64,000 bases of DNA from Burkholderiales bacterium (GTDB lineage Bacteria; Pseudomonadota; Gammaproteobacteria; Burkholderiales; SG8-41). Location of the stretch: assembly GCA_035524795.1 (NCBI GenBank), contig DATKOF010000007.1, positions 19,732-83,731 on the forward strand, read 5' to 3'. The notes beneath the pieces were generated by a model. The model had not been told where the DNA came from. It ran no database searches and saw only the letters and a list, made by a program, of their open reading frames with translations. Positions 54,365 to 64,000 of this stretch are shown here, in pieces. A program made the position numbers and the translations under genes. Numbering within the stretch: the stretch's first letter is position 1; every line of letters begins with the position of its first letter.

Positions 54365-56350
54365 TCACGCCGCCGGCTGCAACTCCTGCCGGATTGCCGG
54401 GTCGAGCTTCACTTCCAGCAGGTCGAGCACGGCGAGCGCGCCCTCGGCGACTGCGTCCGTGATGCGGCGCGGCCGCATCGCGTCGCCGACGATGTAACCG
54501 CGTATCCCGCGCTCCTTCAGTACCGCGGCGAGGTCATTGACCGGCCTCGATCCCAGGCACAGCACCACGGTATCCGCCGGCAATTTACGAGTTTCGTGTG
54601 GGGCATGCACGACGACACCACCTGCCTCCATGCTGAGGAGCCGCGTGTTCGGCAGGATGTTGACGGCGTAACCATGCAGCCTCTGCAGCAGCAGATTGCG
54701 TTCATCCATCGGCACATCGGTCGCGATGTCGCCCATCGCTTCGATCAGCGTCACCGGATGTCCGCGGCTGGCCAGGTATTCGGCGGTCTGCGCGCCAGCG
54801 CAGCCGCCGCCGGCAACGACGATGGCGCCGTCTTCGCGCGCGGATTTTTCGAGCACGTCGCGACCGGTGACGACGGCAAGATTTTCGGCGCCGGCGATGC
54901 GCGGACGGACCACTTCGGAACCGGTCGCGACGATCACCGCCCACGGCCTGATCCGTTCGATGTCCGCCGGCGTCAGCTTCGAATTCAAATGCAGCTCGAC
55001 GCCGTGGTGCGCGATTTCGCGCGTCAGATGCTCGCGCAGCAGGTTCCAGTCTTCGCGGTGCGGTGCGGCGGCGGCGGCCCACAGCTGCCCGCCCAGACGC
55101 GGCCCCGCTTCGTACAGCGACACCTTGAACCCCGCCACCGCCGCCCAATATGCGGCCGTCATTCCCGCCGGCCCGCCGCCGACCACCAGCAGCGTGCGGC
55201 CGGCGCCGCCGCCCAAATTCGCGAACGCCTGCTCGCGGCCGGCCTCGGGGTTGATCGCGCACCAGATCGGCGCCTGCTCGAACAACCGGCTGATGCAGCC
55301 CTGGTTGCAGGTCACGCAATGGCGCACCTGGTCGCTGCTGCCCGCCGCCACTTTGGCCGGCCAGTCGGGATCGGCCAGCAGGCTGCGGCCGAGAGCGACG
55401 AAGTCGGCCTGGCCGTTCTGCAGCACCGCCTCGACCATCTCCGGTGTGCGCAGTTTACCGACCGCGATCACCGGGATCGCGACCGCGGTCTTGACGCGCT
55501 GCGCCAGCCGCACCAGCACGCCGTCGTGAACCGCCATCGGCGGAATCATCACGCCCTGCGCATAGGTCGCGTAGTTGCCGCAGGAAATATGCAGTGCCGC
55601 GGCGCCGAGCTGCTCGAGCCGCTGTGCCGTCGCGACGGTCTCCTCGAGCGGCAGGCCGCCCGGCAGCGGTTCCTCGCCGGAAAGACGCACGGTAACCGGA
55701 AAATCCCTGCCGGTCGCGGCGCGAACGGCGCCGTACACTTCCTCCAGAAAACGGCGGCGTTTTTCCGGCGTGCCACCGTAAACGTCGTTGCGTTTGTTGC
55801 TGAACGGCGACAGGAACTGCGCGACCAGATAGCCGTGCGCGCCGTGGATTTCGACGAAATCGAAGCCCGCCGCCTTGGCGCGCGCCGCCGCCGCGCCGAA
55901 CGCGGCGACGAGCTCGCCGATCTCGGCGAGCGTCAACTCGTGCGGCAGTTCGTTGATCAGCGGATCCGGAATCGCAGAAGGCGCGACCGGCTGGCCGCCG
56001 GCGGTCAACGACGAAGCCTGGCGGCCGCCGTGGAAAAGCTGGATGCCCATCAGCGCGCCGTGCCGGTGCCCGGCGTCGACCAGCGCGCGCAGGCCGGGGA
56101 TCACCGCGTCGTCGTGCAGCCCGAGCTCGCGGACGAACCCCCGGCCGTCACGCCGCACGAAAGTGGCTTCGATGATGATGGTGCCGACGCCGCCGCGCGC
56201 GACGCGGTCGATATGCGCGATATAGCGCGGCGTCGCACGGCCGTCTTCATCCGCATAGTTGTGCACCATCGGCGGCATCACCAGCCGGTTTTTCGGCGCC
56301 AGCTTGCCGATCCGGCCGGGACTGAACATCATCAGGTTCGAGGCATTCAT
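54365..56350 (-). CDS. 2,4-dienoyl-CoA reductase-like NADH:flavin oxidoreductase (OYE domain, 4Fe-4S, FAD/NAD(P) domain)
   Basis: 661 aa with an OYE-like N-terminus, CVTCNQGC and VVGGGPAGMTAA. Confidence 0.85.
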   Translation of the reverse strand: MNASNLMMFSPGRIGKLAPKNRLVMPPMVHNYADEDGRATPRYIAHIDRVARGGVGTIIIEATFVRRDGRGFVRELGLHDDAVIPGLRALVDAGHRHGALMGIQLFHGGRQASSLTAGGQPVAPSAIPDPLINELPHELTLAEIGELVAAFGAAAARAKAAGFDFVEIHGAHGYLVAQFLSPFSNKRNDVYGGTPEKRRRFLEEVYGAVRAATGRDFPVTVRLSGEEPLPGGLPLEETVATAQRLEQLGAAALHISCGNYATYAQGVMIPPMAVHDGVLVRLAQRVKTAVAIPVIAVGKLRTPEMVEAVLQNGQADFVALGRSLLADPDWPAKVAAGSSDQVRHCVTCNQGCISRLFEQAPIWCAINPEAGREQAFANLGGGAGRTLLVVGGGPAGMTAAYWAAVAGFKVSLYEAGPRLGGQLWAAAAAPHREDWNLLREHLTREIAHHGVELHLNSKLTPADIERIRPWAVIVATGSEVVRPRIAGAENLAVVTGRDVLEKSAREDGAIVVAGGGCAGAQTAEYLASRGHPVTLIEAMGDIATDVPMDERNLLLQRLHGYAVNILPNTRLLSMEAGGVVVHAPHETRKLPADTVVLCLGSRPVNDLAAVLKERGIRGYIVGDAMRPRRITDAVAEGALAVLDLLEVKLDPAIRQELQPAA

Positions 56351-56460
56351 CGGCCCTCCTTTTATGCGCCGCGCGTCTCTGCGTGACCCCGGCGCGAAAT
56401 GTTACAGACGCTCCTCGCTCTCGCGTCGTCGTTCTCGGGCCACGGTGCCCGCCATCTCCG

Positions 56461-56715
56461 TCATCCGTCTTCGGAACGGCGGCCATGGCTGCCCTCGGAA
56501 ACAGGTGGAGGGGAAGCCTCGCCGTCTTTCAGGTCGGCGCGCTCGCGGCTCACCACTGCGCCGATGGTTTCGAACGCGACCGCTACGCCGAATAACAGCA
56601 GCGCCAGCACGACGTCTTCGTACGATCCATAGATGAAAAAGTAGGTGCTGAAGACCGCGCTGATGATGCCGACGATCAAACTCAGCCTGAAGCCGTACTT
56701 ATTGGCAGTTCTCAT
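56461..56715 (-). CDS. Hypothetical small membrane protein
   Basis: 84 aa with two predicted TM helices. No family was recognised. Confidence 0.4.
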   Translation of the reverse strand: MRTANKYGFRLSLIVGIISAVFSTYFFIYGSYEDVVLALLLFGVAVAFETIGAVVSRERADLKDGEASPPPVSEGSHGRRSEDG

Positions 56716-56736
56716 CGTTCGCTTTCCGTCTTCCGG

Positions 56737-57321
56737 TTACGTTTCCCGCGGGAAACCCACTGTCTGGGCGAGTAGTATATGCTGCGGGTTGGTCAAATTC
56801 ATGACCGACGCGAGCGCCGGCCGGTCGATCATCGCGCGCACCACGGTGGCGAGCCCGCACGAAGCGCAGAACAGATAGACATTCTGCGCGATGAAACCGG
56901 CGTCGAAATATGAGTACTGCGCCTGCTCGTCGGGAGTCGCCCCGGCCATTCGCGAATGATCGGAAACATATACAAGATCGAGCGGAGCCTCGGTGACGAA
57001 CGGCTGCATTCCGGTACAGGCGCGCACGTCCCGCACCACTACCCGACGAAGAACATGATGATGTGCGTCGTACACGTCAACCCCCTGTGCGCCCGCGACG
57101 TAGATATCGATGTCTTCCCAGTGGCGTGCCGAGGGCGCGGTACGGCCGCCGGTTTCAGGCCGGTTGATGCCGAACGCCGCCCATAACAGATCGGACATCA
57201 ACTGCAGCGGGAGCGGCCGGCTGCTGAACTCACGGGACGAGCGGCGATTCTTCAATGCCTGCATCAGCGGTTGGCCGCCGTCGGTGCGCGCCGGGGGAAG
57301 GCTGGTGATGTGAGGCGTCAT
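56737..57321 (-). CDS. Nitroreductase-family protein
   Basis: 194 aa. ALKNRRSSREFSSRPLPLQLMSDLLWAAFGINR is a typical nitroreductase N-terminal motif. Confidence 0.75.
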   Translation of the reverse strand: MTPHITSLPPARTDGGQPLMQALKNRRSSREFSSRPLPLQLMSDLLWAAFGINRPETGGRTAPSARHWEDIDIYVAGAQGVDVYDAHHHVLRRVVVRDVRACTGMQPFVTEAPLDLVYVSDHSRMAGATPDEQAQYSYFDAGFIAQNVYLFCASCGLATVVRAMIDRPALASVMNLTNPQHILLAQTVGFPRET

Positions 57322-57534
57322 GCAGATTCTCCCTTTCCGAAAATACCCGCTCTTGCTCTGCGGGAAAAAACATCGATTTTTTTACTGCGCGTTTATCCTG
57401 TGCCTATATTCGGAAAAACCGGTCGCATTGATATTGAGAAAAATCAAAGTTAAGGGGTTTTTCCCGCCGCCTGCCATGGGTGGAAGCCGGGACCGGAACG
57501 CATGCACCCGTGCAGGAATGCATGCGCGCGGCAA

Positions 57535-58809
57535 TCAAGCGGCATCGCGTGCCAGGCGTATCCCGGAAAACTGCCAGCGTGCGGACGCCGGAAAGAAATT
57601 GCGGTAGGTCGCCCGGATATGGTCGCGCGGCGTCGCGCATGATCCGCCGCGCAGCACGTACTGGTTGACCATGAATTTGCCGTTGTATTCGCCGAGCGCA
57701 CCCGTCGCCGGGCGGAAGCCCGGATAAGGCGCGTAGCTTGATTGCGTCCACTCCCAAACGTCGCCGAACATCTGCGCCAGCCCCCTGCCGCGTGCCGGCA
57801 GCGGATGGAACAGGTTGTCGTCAGCGAAATTGCCGTCGAGCCGGCAGGTAACGGCGGCGCGCTCCCACTCCGCCTCGGTCGGCAGACGCGCCTGACGCCA
57901 GTGCGCGTAGGCATCGGCCTCGAAATACGACAGATGAACAACCGGGCGCCGCGGATCCAGCGGCGCGAGGCCGCCCAGCGTGAATTCATGCCAGCCGTCA
58001 CCGCCGTCGCGCCAGTAAAGCGGCGCTGAAATCTGCTGCGCCCGCACCCAATCCCACCCCTCGGACAGCCAGTGCGCCGGATCGCGGTAGCCGCCGGCCG
58101 CGATGAATTCGAGGTATTCGCCGTTGGTCGTCAGTCGTGACGCCAGCCGGTACGGCTGCAGATAATGCTTGTGCCTGGGCAACTCGTTGTCGAAGCAGAA
58201 CGCGCTGCCGCCGTGGCCGATTTCGACCACGCCGCCGGCGCAGTCCAGCCACCGGAGCGGGTCCGCCGCTGACGAAAACGCGGCCGGCGGCGCGCCGTAC
58301 GCCGGTTGCAGCGGATTCATCGACAGCAGGTGCTTGACGTCGGTCAGGATCAATTCCTGATGCTGCTGCTCGTGATGGATGCCGAGCATCGCCAGCGCCC
58401 GCAACTCCGCATCCTCGCCGCGCCGTTCCAGCAGCCGCTGCATGCGCTGGTCCGCGTCGCGGCGGTAGGCGTGGATTTCGGCGAGACCGGGCCGCGTCAG
58501 CAGGCCGCGCCGCGGACGCGGAAACTGTTCGCCGATGCTGTTGTAGTAGGAATTGAACAGCGCCTCGAACGCAGCGTGAAACGGCCGGAAGTCCGGCTCG
58601 TAGCGTTTGAGCAGGAAAGTCTCGAAAAACCAGGTGGTGTGCGCGAGATGCCATTTGACCGGGCTGGCGTCCGGCATCGACTGTGCGCCACAGTCCTCCT
58701 CCGACAGCGGCGCGGCAAGCTGCGCGCTGCGCGCCCGCGTCCGCAGGTAGCGCGCGCCGATCTCCTCCTGCTGCGCGCGCGCGGAAAACAGCGGCTCCGG
58801 ATTACTCAT
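57535..58809 (-). CDS. egtB: Ergothioneine biosynthesis sulfoxide synthase EgtB (DinB_2 plus FGE-sulfatase domains)
   Basis: 424 aa. HLAHTTWFFETF and HHEQQHQEL are the DinB-type metal ligands. The C-terminal FGE-like domain includes GDVWEWT and RGGS. Confidence 0.88.
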   Translation of the reverse strand: MSNPEPLFSARAQQEEIGARYLRTRARSAQLAAPLSEEDCGAQSMPDASPVKWHLAHTTWFFETFLLKRYEPDFRPFHAAFEALFNSYYNSIGEQFPRPRRGLLTRPGLAEIHAYRRDADQRMQRLLERRGEDAELRALAMLGIHHEQQHQELILTDVKHLLSMNPLQPAYGAPPAAFSSAADPLRWLDCAGGVVEIGHGGSAFCFDNELPRHKHYLQPYRLASRLTTNGEYLEFIAAGGYRDPAHWLSEGWDWVRAQQISAPLYWRDGGDGWHEFTLGGLAPLDPRRPVVHLSYFEADAYAHWRQARLPTEAEWERAAVTCRLDGNFADDNLFHPLPARGRGLAQMFGDVWEWTQSSYAPYPGFRPATGALGEYNGKFMVNQYVLRGGSCATPRDHIRATYRNFFPASARWQFSGIRLARDAA

Positions 58810-58827
58810 GCATCGCTCCGCGATCCG

Positions 58828-59844
58828 TCATGCCGCGGCATGGCACACCGCGAACCATTGCTGCGCATCGGCCCAGACGCGCGCGCGGCTGAATCCCGCC
58901 TGCCGCAGCAACGCGGTGAAGGCATCGAGCCGGTACTTGTAGCTGTTTTCGGTGTGGATGGTTTCGCCGCGGGCGAAGCGCCGGCTGCCGCCCGGCCACA
59001 CCACGCGCAACGCATGGCGGGCCTCCAGATGCATCTCGACGCGCGATTGGCGCGCGTTGAAGAACGCCCGGTGCCGCCAGTCGTGCGCGGCGAAATCGCT
59101 GCCGATGATGCGGTTCAGGTTGCGCAGCAGGTTCAGATTGAACGCGGCGGTCACGCCGAAAGCATCGTCATAAGCGGGTTTGAGAACGGCCTCCGGTTTG
59201 ATCAGATCGACGCCGATCAGCAGACCGCTCGTCTCATCGCACTGCACGCGGAGGTTGGTCAGAAACCGCAGCGCCTCGTCGGGCGTGAAGTTGCCGATCG
59301 AAGATCCCGGATAAAAGAACAGCCGCCGCGACCGCCGCACCGTGTCCGGCAGCTGCGGCGCCGGATAAATGTCGGCGCCGACCGCCCGCATTTCGATGCC
59401 GGGAAACGCCGGCCGCAGACGCTCCAGCGCGCGGCGCAGAAAATCCGTCGAAATGTCCACCGCGACGTATTGAAGCGGCTGCAAGGTCGGAAACAAACTC
59501 GCGGCCTTTGCGCAATTGCCGGCGCCGAGATCGATCAGCGTGGCGCCGGTTCCGGCAACGGCGGCGATGTCGGCCGCGTGCGCGGCGAAAATCTCCCGCT
59601 CGGTGCGGGTCGGATAGTACTCGGGCAGCGCGGTGATCATCTCAAACAGGCGCGAACCGCGCGCATCGTAGAAATACTTCGGCGCAACCGCCGCCTGCGG
59701 CGCACTCAATCCGGCGATGATTTCCTGCTGCGCCGGATCGTCAGACGAGACAGGTAACGCGGCCGGCCGTCCATATACCGCGCCGGCGGAATTGACGCCG
59801 GTCTCGACCGCAGGAAATTTTTCGCTGTCCATGGCCGCCTCCAA
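58828..59844 (-). CDS. egtD: L-histidine N(alpha)-methyltransferase EgtD
   Basis: 338 aa. KYFYDARGSRLFEMITALPEYYPTRTE, LIDLGAGNCAK and FFYPGSSIGNF are EgtD signatures. It lies directly upstream of egtB. Confidence 0.88.
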   Translation of the reverse strand: MEAAMDSEKFPAVETGVNSAGAVYGRPAALPVSSDDPAQQEIIAGLSAPQAAVAPKYFYDARGSRLFEMITALPEYYPTRTEREIFAAHAADIAAVAGTGATLIDLGAGNCAKAASLFPTLQPLQYVAVDISTDFLRRALERLRPAFPGIEMRAVGADIYPAPQLPDTVRRSRRLFFYPGSSIGNFTPDEALRFLTNLRVQCDETSGLLIGVDLIKPEAVLKPAYDDAFGVTAAFNLNLLRNLNRIIGSDFAAHDWRHRAFFNARQSRVEMHLEARHALRVVWPGGSRRFARGETIHTENSYKYRLDAFTALLRQAGFSRARVWADAQQWFAVCHAAA

Positions 59845-59868
59845 TGATGGCCCTTTGCGGTTTCTTTT

Positions 59869-60948
59869 TTATTTCTCGCGCGGATCGCGCAGGCCGTCGT
59901 CGGGCGCCTGATATTTGCCGCTTCGGATCTGCGCCACCATGCGGGCGAGGCTCAGCGCGGCGTTATTGATTTCGGTGAACAGTTCCGGATCCTTGTCGAG
60001 ATCGTCGTGGCTGGTCGCATACGGCTGATACCAGCCGATCCAGGTGTCGAGCGCCGCGCTCGGCCCGGCCTGGATCATGCCGATGTCGGTCAGCCAGTCG
60101 GCCAGCATGCGCCGCAGATTTTCCGGCCCCGCCGCATCGCCGTGGGCGACCACCGCGAACGCACGCCCCGCCAGATGTTTGGGGTAATCCCAGCCTTTCA
60201 GTTCAATTTCCTTGGCCAACTCCGGATCCTTGCCGTGCGTGGTGGTCGGATCGGGATTGCCGCCGTCGGCGCACACCAGCCGGTCTATCATCAGCTTCAG
60301 GCTGGCCGGCGCCTGATACCAGTGCACCGGGCACAGGACCATCACGCCGTGCGCCGCGACCCAGCGCGGATACAGCTCGGCCATCCAGTCGTTGGTCTGG
60401 CCGAGCGCGTGGTTCGGATAGCACGAACACGGCCAGTGGCACAACGGCATCGCGGTCGACAGGCAGGCCTTGCACGGATGGATCACCTTCCACGGCTCGT
60501 CGGCCAGTGTCGACAGGTCGAGAAAATCCACCTCGTAACCGGGCAATGCGGCGATCGCCTGCTGCGCTGCCTGCGCCAGCCGCCGCGTTTTCGACAGCTC
60601 GCCGGGGCAGGTGTACTCGCTGCGCGTCGAGCCGTTGACGATCAGGACGCGCGACGGTGATCTGGAATCCTGCCAGCGCTGCTGCGCGGCCCGGATGTCG
60701 GCGCGCGTCGCCAGCCATTCCAGCGACAGCTTGCGTTCGGGATGCGCGAATTCGTCGCCGGCCAAGGTCAGGCGCGGATTCTTGCGGTAATGGATGTAGC
60801 CGTCCCACGCCCGCTCGAAAACCTTTTCCAGCTCCGGTTGCACGTCATCGAACGCCGGGTCGTAGAAGCGCGCGAAAAAACGTGTGCGGAACTGCTCGCG
60901 GGTCAGCGGGACGTAGCGGTTTTCCTTCCTTACCTCGGGTTTCGCCAT
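59869..60948 (-). CDS. Flavodoxin-like / NADPH-dependent FMN reductase-family protein with a Cys-rich motif (iron-sulfur flavoprotein-like)
   Basis: 359 aa. VLIVNGSTRSE is an FMN_red-type phosphate loop. The Cys cluster is HPCKACLSTAMPLCHWPCSCYP. An N-terminal extension of about 100 aa has no recognised family. Confidence 0.6.
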   Translation of the reverse strand: MAKPEVRKENRYVPLTREQFRTRFFARFYDPAFDDVQPELEKVFERAWDGYIHYRKNPRLTLAGDEFAHPERKLSLEWLATRADIRAAQQRWQDSRSPSRVLIVNGSTRSEYTCPGELSKTRRLAQAAQQAIAALPGYEVDFLDLSTLADEPWKVIHPCKACLSTAMPLCHWPCSCYPNHALGQTNDWMAELYPRWVAAHGVMVLCPVHWYQAPASLKLMIDRLVCADGGNPDPTTTHGKDPELAKEIELKGWDYPKHLAGRAFAVVAHGDAAGPENLRRMLADWLTDIGMIQAGPSAALDTWIGWYQPYATSHDDLDKDPELFTEINNAALSLARMVAQIRSGKYQAPDDGLRDPREK

Positions 60949-61152
60949 GATTCCCTCCGAAACCGGCCGACCGATGATAACGACACCGGTCTATTGCAAA
61001 ACGGGATTCGCCGGATTATGCGCCTGTTTGCGTCTCCGGCGCGAGGTTGGTCGAGCGGACAGGGAAAAGCTTACTCTCCAGCCAGCACTTTCGTTACGCC
61101 CGCTTGATTTGGCGCGGCGCAGCCCACGTCAGATGCTGCCTGATTACGAAAT

Positions 61153-63237
61153 TCACCGGGCAACCGATGCCAGCACCATCACGGCATGCGCGGGCAGCGT
61201 AACGGTATTCTCGACCATTCGCTCGGACACAGCAGGATCGGCGCTGTCGAGCAGCGTCGTCCACGCGGCGCCGGGCGCGGGCGGCAGCGTAAATGGAATT
61301 TCTGCCGGGTCGCCGTTGATCAGCACCAGCAGCGCGGTTTCCGCGGCATCGGCGCGGCCGAGCCGGAAACCGAAGCAGTTGTTCGACCATTCCTGCCAGT
61401 GATCCGACGTCATTTCACCGCCGTGGCGCGACAGCCAGGTGATGTCGCGCTCGTCGAGCGCCGTCAGCGAGCCGTCGAACCAGCTGGTGCGGCGCAACGC
61501 CGGATGGCGGCGGCGCAGTTCGAGCAGACGGCGCGTGAAATCGACCAGCGCAACATCGGCGCCCCGCCAGTCCAGCCATGACAACGGCAAATCCTGACAA
61601 TAGGCATTGTTGTTGCCGTGCTGGGAACGCCCCTGCTCGTCGCCGGCGAGCAGCATCGGCACCCCCTGCGACAGAAACAGCGTTGCGAGCAGTGCCCTCC
61701 GCGAACGCTGACGCACGGCAACGATAGCATCATCCGTACTCGGCCCTTCGACCCCGTAATTGACGCTGCGGTTGCTGTCCATGCCGTCGTGGTTGGACTG
61801 GCCGTTCGCCTCGTTGTGCTTGCCCTGATATGACGTCAGATCGGTAAGCGTGAATCCATCGTGCGCGGTGATGAAATTGATGCTGGCCTGCGGCGCGCGG
61901 CCGTCGTGGCGGAACAGGTCGCTCGACGCGGTCAGCCGCTTCGCCAGTTCACTGCAGTGCGCGTCCCTGGTCAGCCAGAAGCCGCGCGCAGTGTCGCGGA
62001 ATTTGTCGTTCCATTCCGAAAAACCCGATGGGAAACGTCCGGTTTCGTACGACGCCGTGTCCCACGGTTCGGCGATCAGTTTGACCTGCGACAGCAGCGG
62101 ATCCTGACGCAGAACGTCGAGAAAAGATGCCCCGGGATTGAACCCGCCGCCGTCGCGTGCGAGCGCGGTGGCAAGGTCGAAACGGAAACCGTCGACATGC
62201 ATCTCGGCCACCCAGTAACGCAGCGAATCCATCACCAGCTGCAGGGTGCGCGGATGGGAAAGATTGAAAGTGTTGCCGCAACCGGTGACATCGACGTAGT
62301 TGAAATTGGCCTGCTCGTTGAGCCAGTAATAGCCTGCATTGTCGATGCCGCGGAACCCCAGCGTCGGACCGAACTTGTCTCCTTCGCAGGTATGTCCGTA
62401 AACCACATCGAGAATGACTTCGATGCCGGCCGCGTGCAGCGCCCTGACCAGCGCGCGGAATTCGACAACCGGATCGCGACCACCCGCATAGCGCGTGGCC
62501 GGCGCGAAATAGCCGAGCGGATTGTAACCCCAGTAATTGACCAGTCCGTTGCGCACCAGCGCATGTTCGTCGATGAATTCCTGCACCGGCAGCAGTTCGA
62601 CCGCGGTGACGCCGAGCCGCCGCAGGTAATCGATCGCCGCCGGATGCGCGAAACCCGCGTAGGTGCCGCGCAGATCTTCGGGGATGTCCGGATGGGTCAT
62701 CGTGAAGCCCTTGACGTGGACCTCGTAGATCACGGTGTCGGCCCACGGCGTGCGCGGCGGGCGGTCGCCGCCCCAGTCATGTGCGGAGTCGATGACGCGG
62801 CATTTGACCATCGCCGCCGCGTTGTCGCGGTTGTCCACGGTCGTCGCAGAAGGTTCGGTGCCGTTCTGATAGTCGTAATGCGCGGTGTCCCAGCGGAAGC
62901 GGCCGGCGAACGCGCGGGCATAAGGATCGATCAGCAGCTTGTGCGGGTTGAAGCGGTGGCCGCCGGCGGGATCGTAACGCCCGTGCACGCGGTAGCCGTA
63001 GACGAGGCCGGGCTGCGCGCCCGGAAGATAGCCGTGCCAGACCTGGTCGGTGCAGGCGGGAAGCGCGACGCGCGCCACTTCGGTGGCCGCCCCGGCATCG
63101 AACAGGCACAGTTCGACGCGCTCGGCGTGCGCCGAAAACAGCGCGAAATTGACGCCGTTGCCGTCCCAGTGCGCGCCGAGCGGCCACGGCCGGCCGGCAG
63201 CGAGACGCGCCGCAGGCGGTTCAGCGGATGACTGCAT
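61153..63237 (-). CDS. glgX: Glycogen debranching enzyme GlgX
   Basis: 694 aa with a CBM48 N-terminus (GVNFALFSAHAERVELCLFD) and GH13 catalytic regions (GFRFDLA, EPWD, FITAHDGF). Confidence 0.92.
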   Translation of the reverse strand: MQSSAEPPAARLAAGRPWPLGAHWDGNGVNFALFSAHAERVELCLFDAGAATEVARVALPACTDQVWHGYLPGAQPGLVYGYRVHGRYDPAGGHRFNPHKLLIDPYARAFAGRFRWDTAHYDYQNGTEPSATTVDNRDNAAAMVKCRVIDSAHDWGGDRPPRTPWADTVIYEVHVKGFTMTHPDIPEDLRGTYAGFAHPAAIDYLRRLGVTAVELLPVQEFIDEHALVRNGLVNYWGYNPLGYFAPATRYAGGRDPVVEFRALVRALHAAGIEVILDVVYGHTCEGDKFGPTLGFRGIDNAGYYWLNEQANFNYVDVTGCGNTFNLSHPRTLQLVMDSLRYWVAEMHVDGFRFDLATALARDGGGFNPGASFLDVLRQDPLLSQVKLIAEPWDTASYETGRFPSGFSEWNDKFRDTARGFWLTRDAHCSELAKRLTASSDLFRHDGRAPQASINFITAHDGFTLTDLTSYQGKHNEANGQSNHDGMDSNRSVNYGVEGPSTDDAIVAVRQRSRRALLATLFLSQGVPMLLAGDEQGRSQHGNNNAYCQDLPLSWLDWRGADVALVDFTRRLLELRRRHPALRRTSWFDGSLTALDERDITWLSRHGGEMTSDHWQEWSNNCFGFRLGRADAAETALLVLINGDPAEIPFTLPPAPGAAWTTLLDSADPAVSERMVENTVTLPAHAVMVLASVAR

Positions 63238-63285
63238 CAGAGTAGCGTATCAGTACCCGGCTCCGCGTGCGGAACTGCGCCACAG

Positions 63286-64000
63286 TCAGAACACCATCGG
63301 TTGCACGTGCCAGATGCCGTCCGCGTATTCGCGGATGGTGCGGTCGCTCGAAAACACGCCCATCGCGGCGACATTGCGGATCGCCATCGCCGTCCATGCG
63401 TCGCGATCGGCATAGAGCGCGTCCACCCGCTGCTGCGTCGCGACGTAATCGGCGAAATCGGCGAGCAGCATGTAATAGTCGCCGTGGTCGAGCAGCGCCT
63501 GCACGATCGGCCGGAAGCGCTGCGGATCGTCCGGCGAGAAATCGCCGGAACCGATCTGATCGAGAACGCGGGCCAGCTCGCGGTTCTCGCCGTAAATGCG
63601 GCGCGGATCGTAATCGGCGGCGCGGCGCGCGCGCACCTCGTCCGCCTTCAGTCCGAAGATGAAAATGTTGTCGGCGCCGACCGCATCGCGGATCTCGATG
63701 TTGGCGCCGTCCTCGGTGCCGATCGTCAGCGCGCCGTTCAGCGCGAGCTTCATGTTGCCGGTGCCCGAGGCTTCGGTGCCGGCGGTCGAAATCTGCTCCG
63801 AAAGATCGGCGGCCGGGATGATCAGGTTGGCCACCGAAACGCCGTAGTTGGGAACGAACACGACTTTAAGTTTACCGTCGATACGGGGATCGGCGTTGAT
63901 GACCTTCGCGACATCGTTGATCAGTTTTATCACGAGCTTGGCCATCGCATAGGCAGATGCCGCCTTGCCGGAAAAAATCACCGTCCGCGGCGCACACGGA
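63286..64000 (-). CDS. glgP: Glycogen/maltodextrin phosphorylase, C-terminal part (gene continues beyond the right edge)
   Basis: [36 protein letters not shown] contains the PLP-Lys motif. The frame is still open at 64000. Confidence 0.9.
   Translation of the reverse strand, partial: PCAPRTVIFSGKAASAYAMAKLVIKLINDVAKVINADPRIDGKLKVVFVPNYGVSVANLIIPAADLSEQISTAGTEASGTGNMKLALNGALTIGTEDGANIEIRDAVGADNIFIFGLKADEVRARRAADYDPRRIYGENRELARVLDQIGSGDFSPDDPQRFRPIVQALLDHGDYYMLLADFADYVATQQRVDALYADRDAWTAMAIRNVAAMGVFSSDRTIREYADGIWHVQPMVF

Noticed and set aside
58306-59757. 483-aa plus-strand ORF opposite egtB/egtD. The same applies to 61861..63231 opposite glgX, 52072..53595 opposite pat and 54347..56386 opposite the dienoyl-CoA reductase-like gene.
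   Set aside because: These are antisense shadows of strongly supported genes. Their translations are low-complexity and Arg-rich.
1-64000. Search for CRISPR arrays, rRNA genes, prophage or integrase genes and recognisable defence-system genes
   Set aside because: No regularly spaced direct repeats of 25-40 bp were seen anywhere. The only tandem repeats are the two heptamer tracts and the in-frame His/Gly coding repeat. No rRNA-like sequence, no integrase and no classical defence ATPase or nuclease genes were recognised by eye.

Overview
GC-rich chromosomal segment whose gene order looks betaproteobacterial. This is inferred from synteny: tRNA-Val, thrS-infC-rpmI-rplT-pheS-pheT-ihfA-MerR, tRNA-Pro; recJ/prfB/lysS; bamD/rluD/pgeF. 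No database search was possible. Most of the window is core housekeeping: translation factors and aminoacyl-tRNA synthetases, relA, lolCD, recJ, comEC, rimO, a yoaA-like helicase, the PHA genes phaC-phaB-phaR, glgX/glgP, a Pat-type acetyltransferase and egtD-egtB. The points that stand out are these. (1) A four-gene operon at 10.6-17.2 kb encodes a permuted ATP-grasp protein, an alpha-E protein, an Anbu proteasome-like protease and a giant transglutaminase. This family of operons is a predicted peptide-tagging and proteolysis system that has never been functionally solved. (2) A visibly lower-GC islet at about 21.5-24.7 kb holds a secreted-protein gene broken twice, once by a frameshift in a T6 run and once by a 1.4-kb IS110-family element. 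The long non-coding end of that element contains short sequences identical to the DNA flanking both of its ends, which is the pattern expected for a bridge-RNA guide. (3) pheT appears to lack its entire OB-fold tRNA-binding (B2) domain. (4) Several recoding and regulatory signals are readable directly: the prfB +1 frameshift, an ATA start on infC, a structured rpmI leader, a terminator abutting thrS, a MarR promoter with a perfect palindromic operator, and heptamer tandem repeats at two gene junctions. No CRISPR array and no rRNA gene were seen. Two tRNA genes are present. Many long ORFs in the six-frame track are antisense or N-terminal-extension artefacts of the high GC content and were not called.
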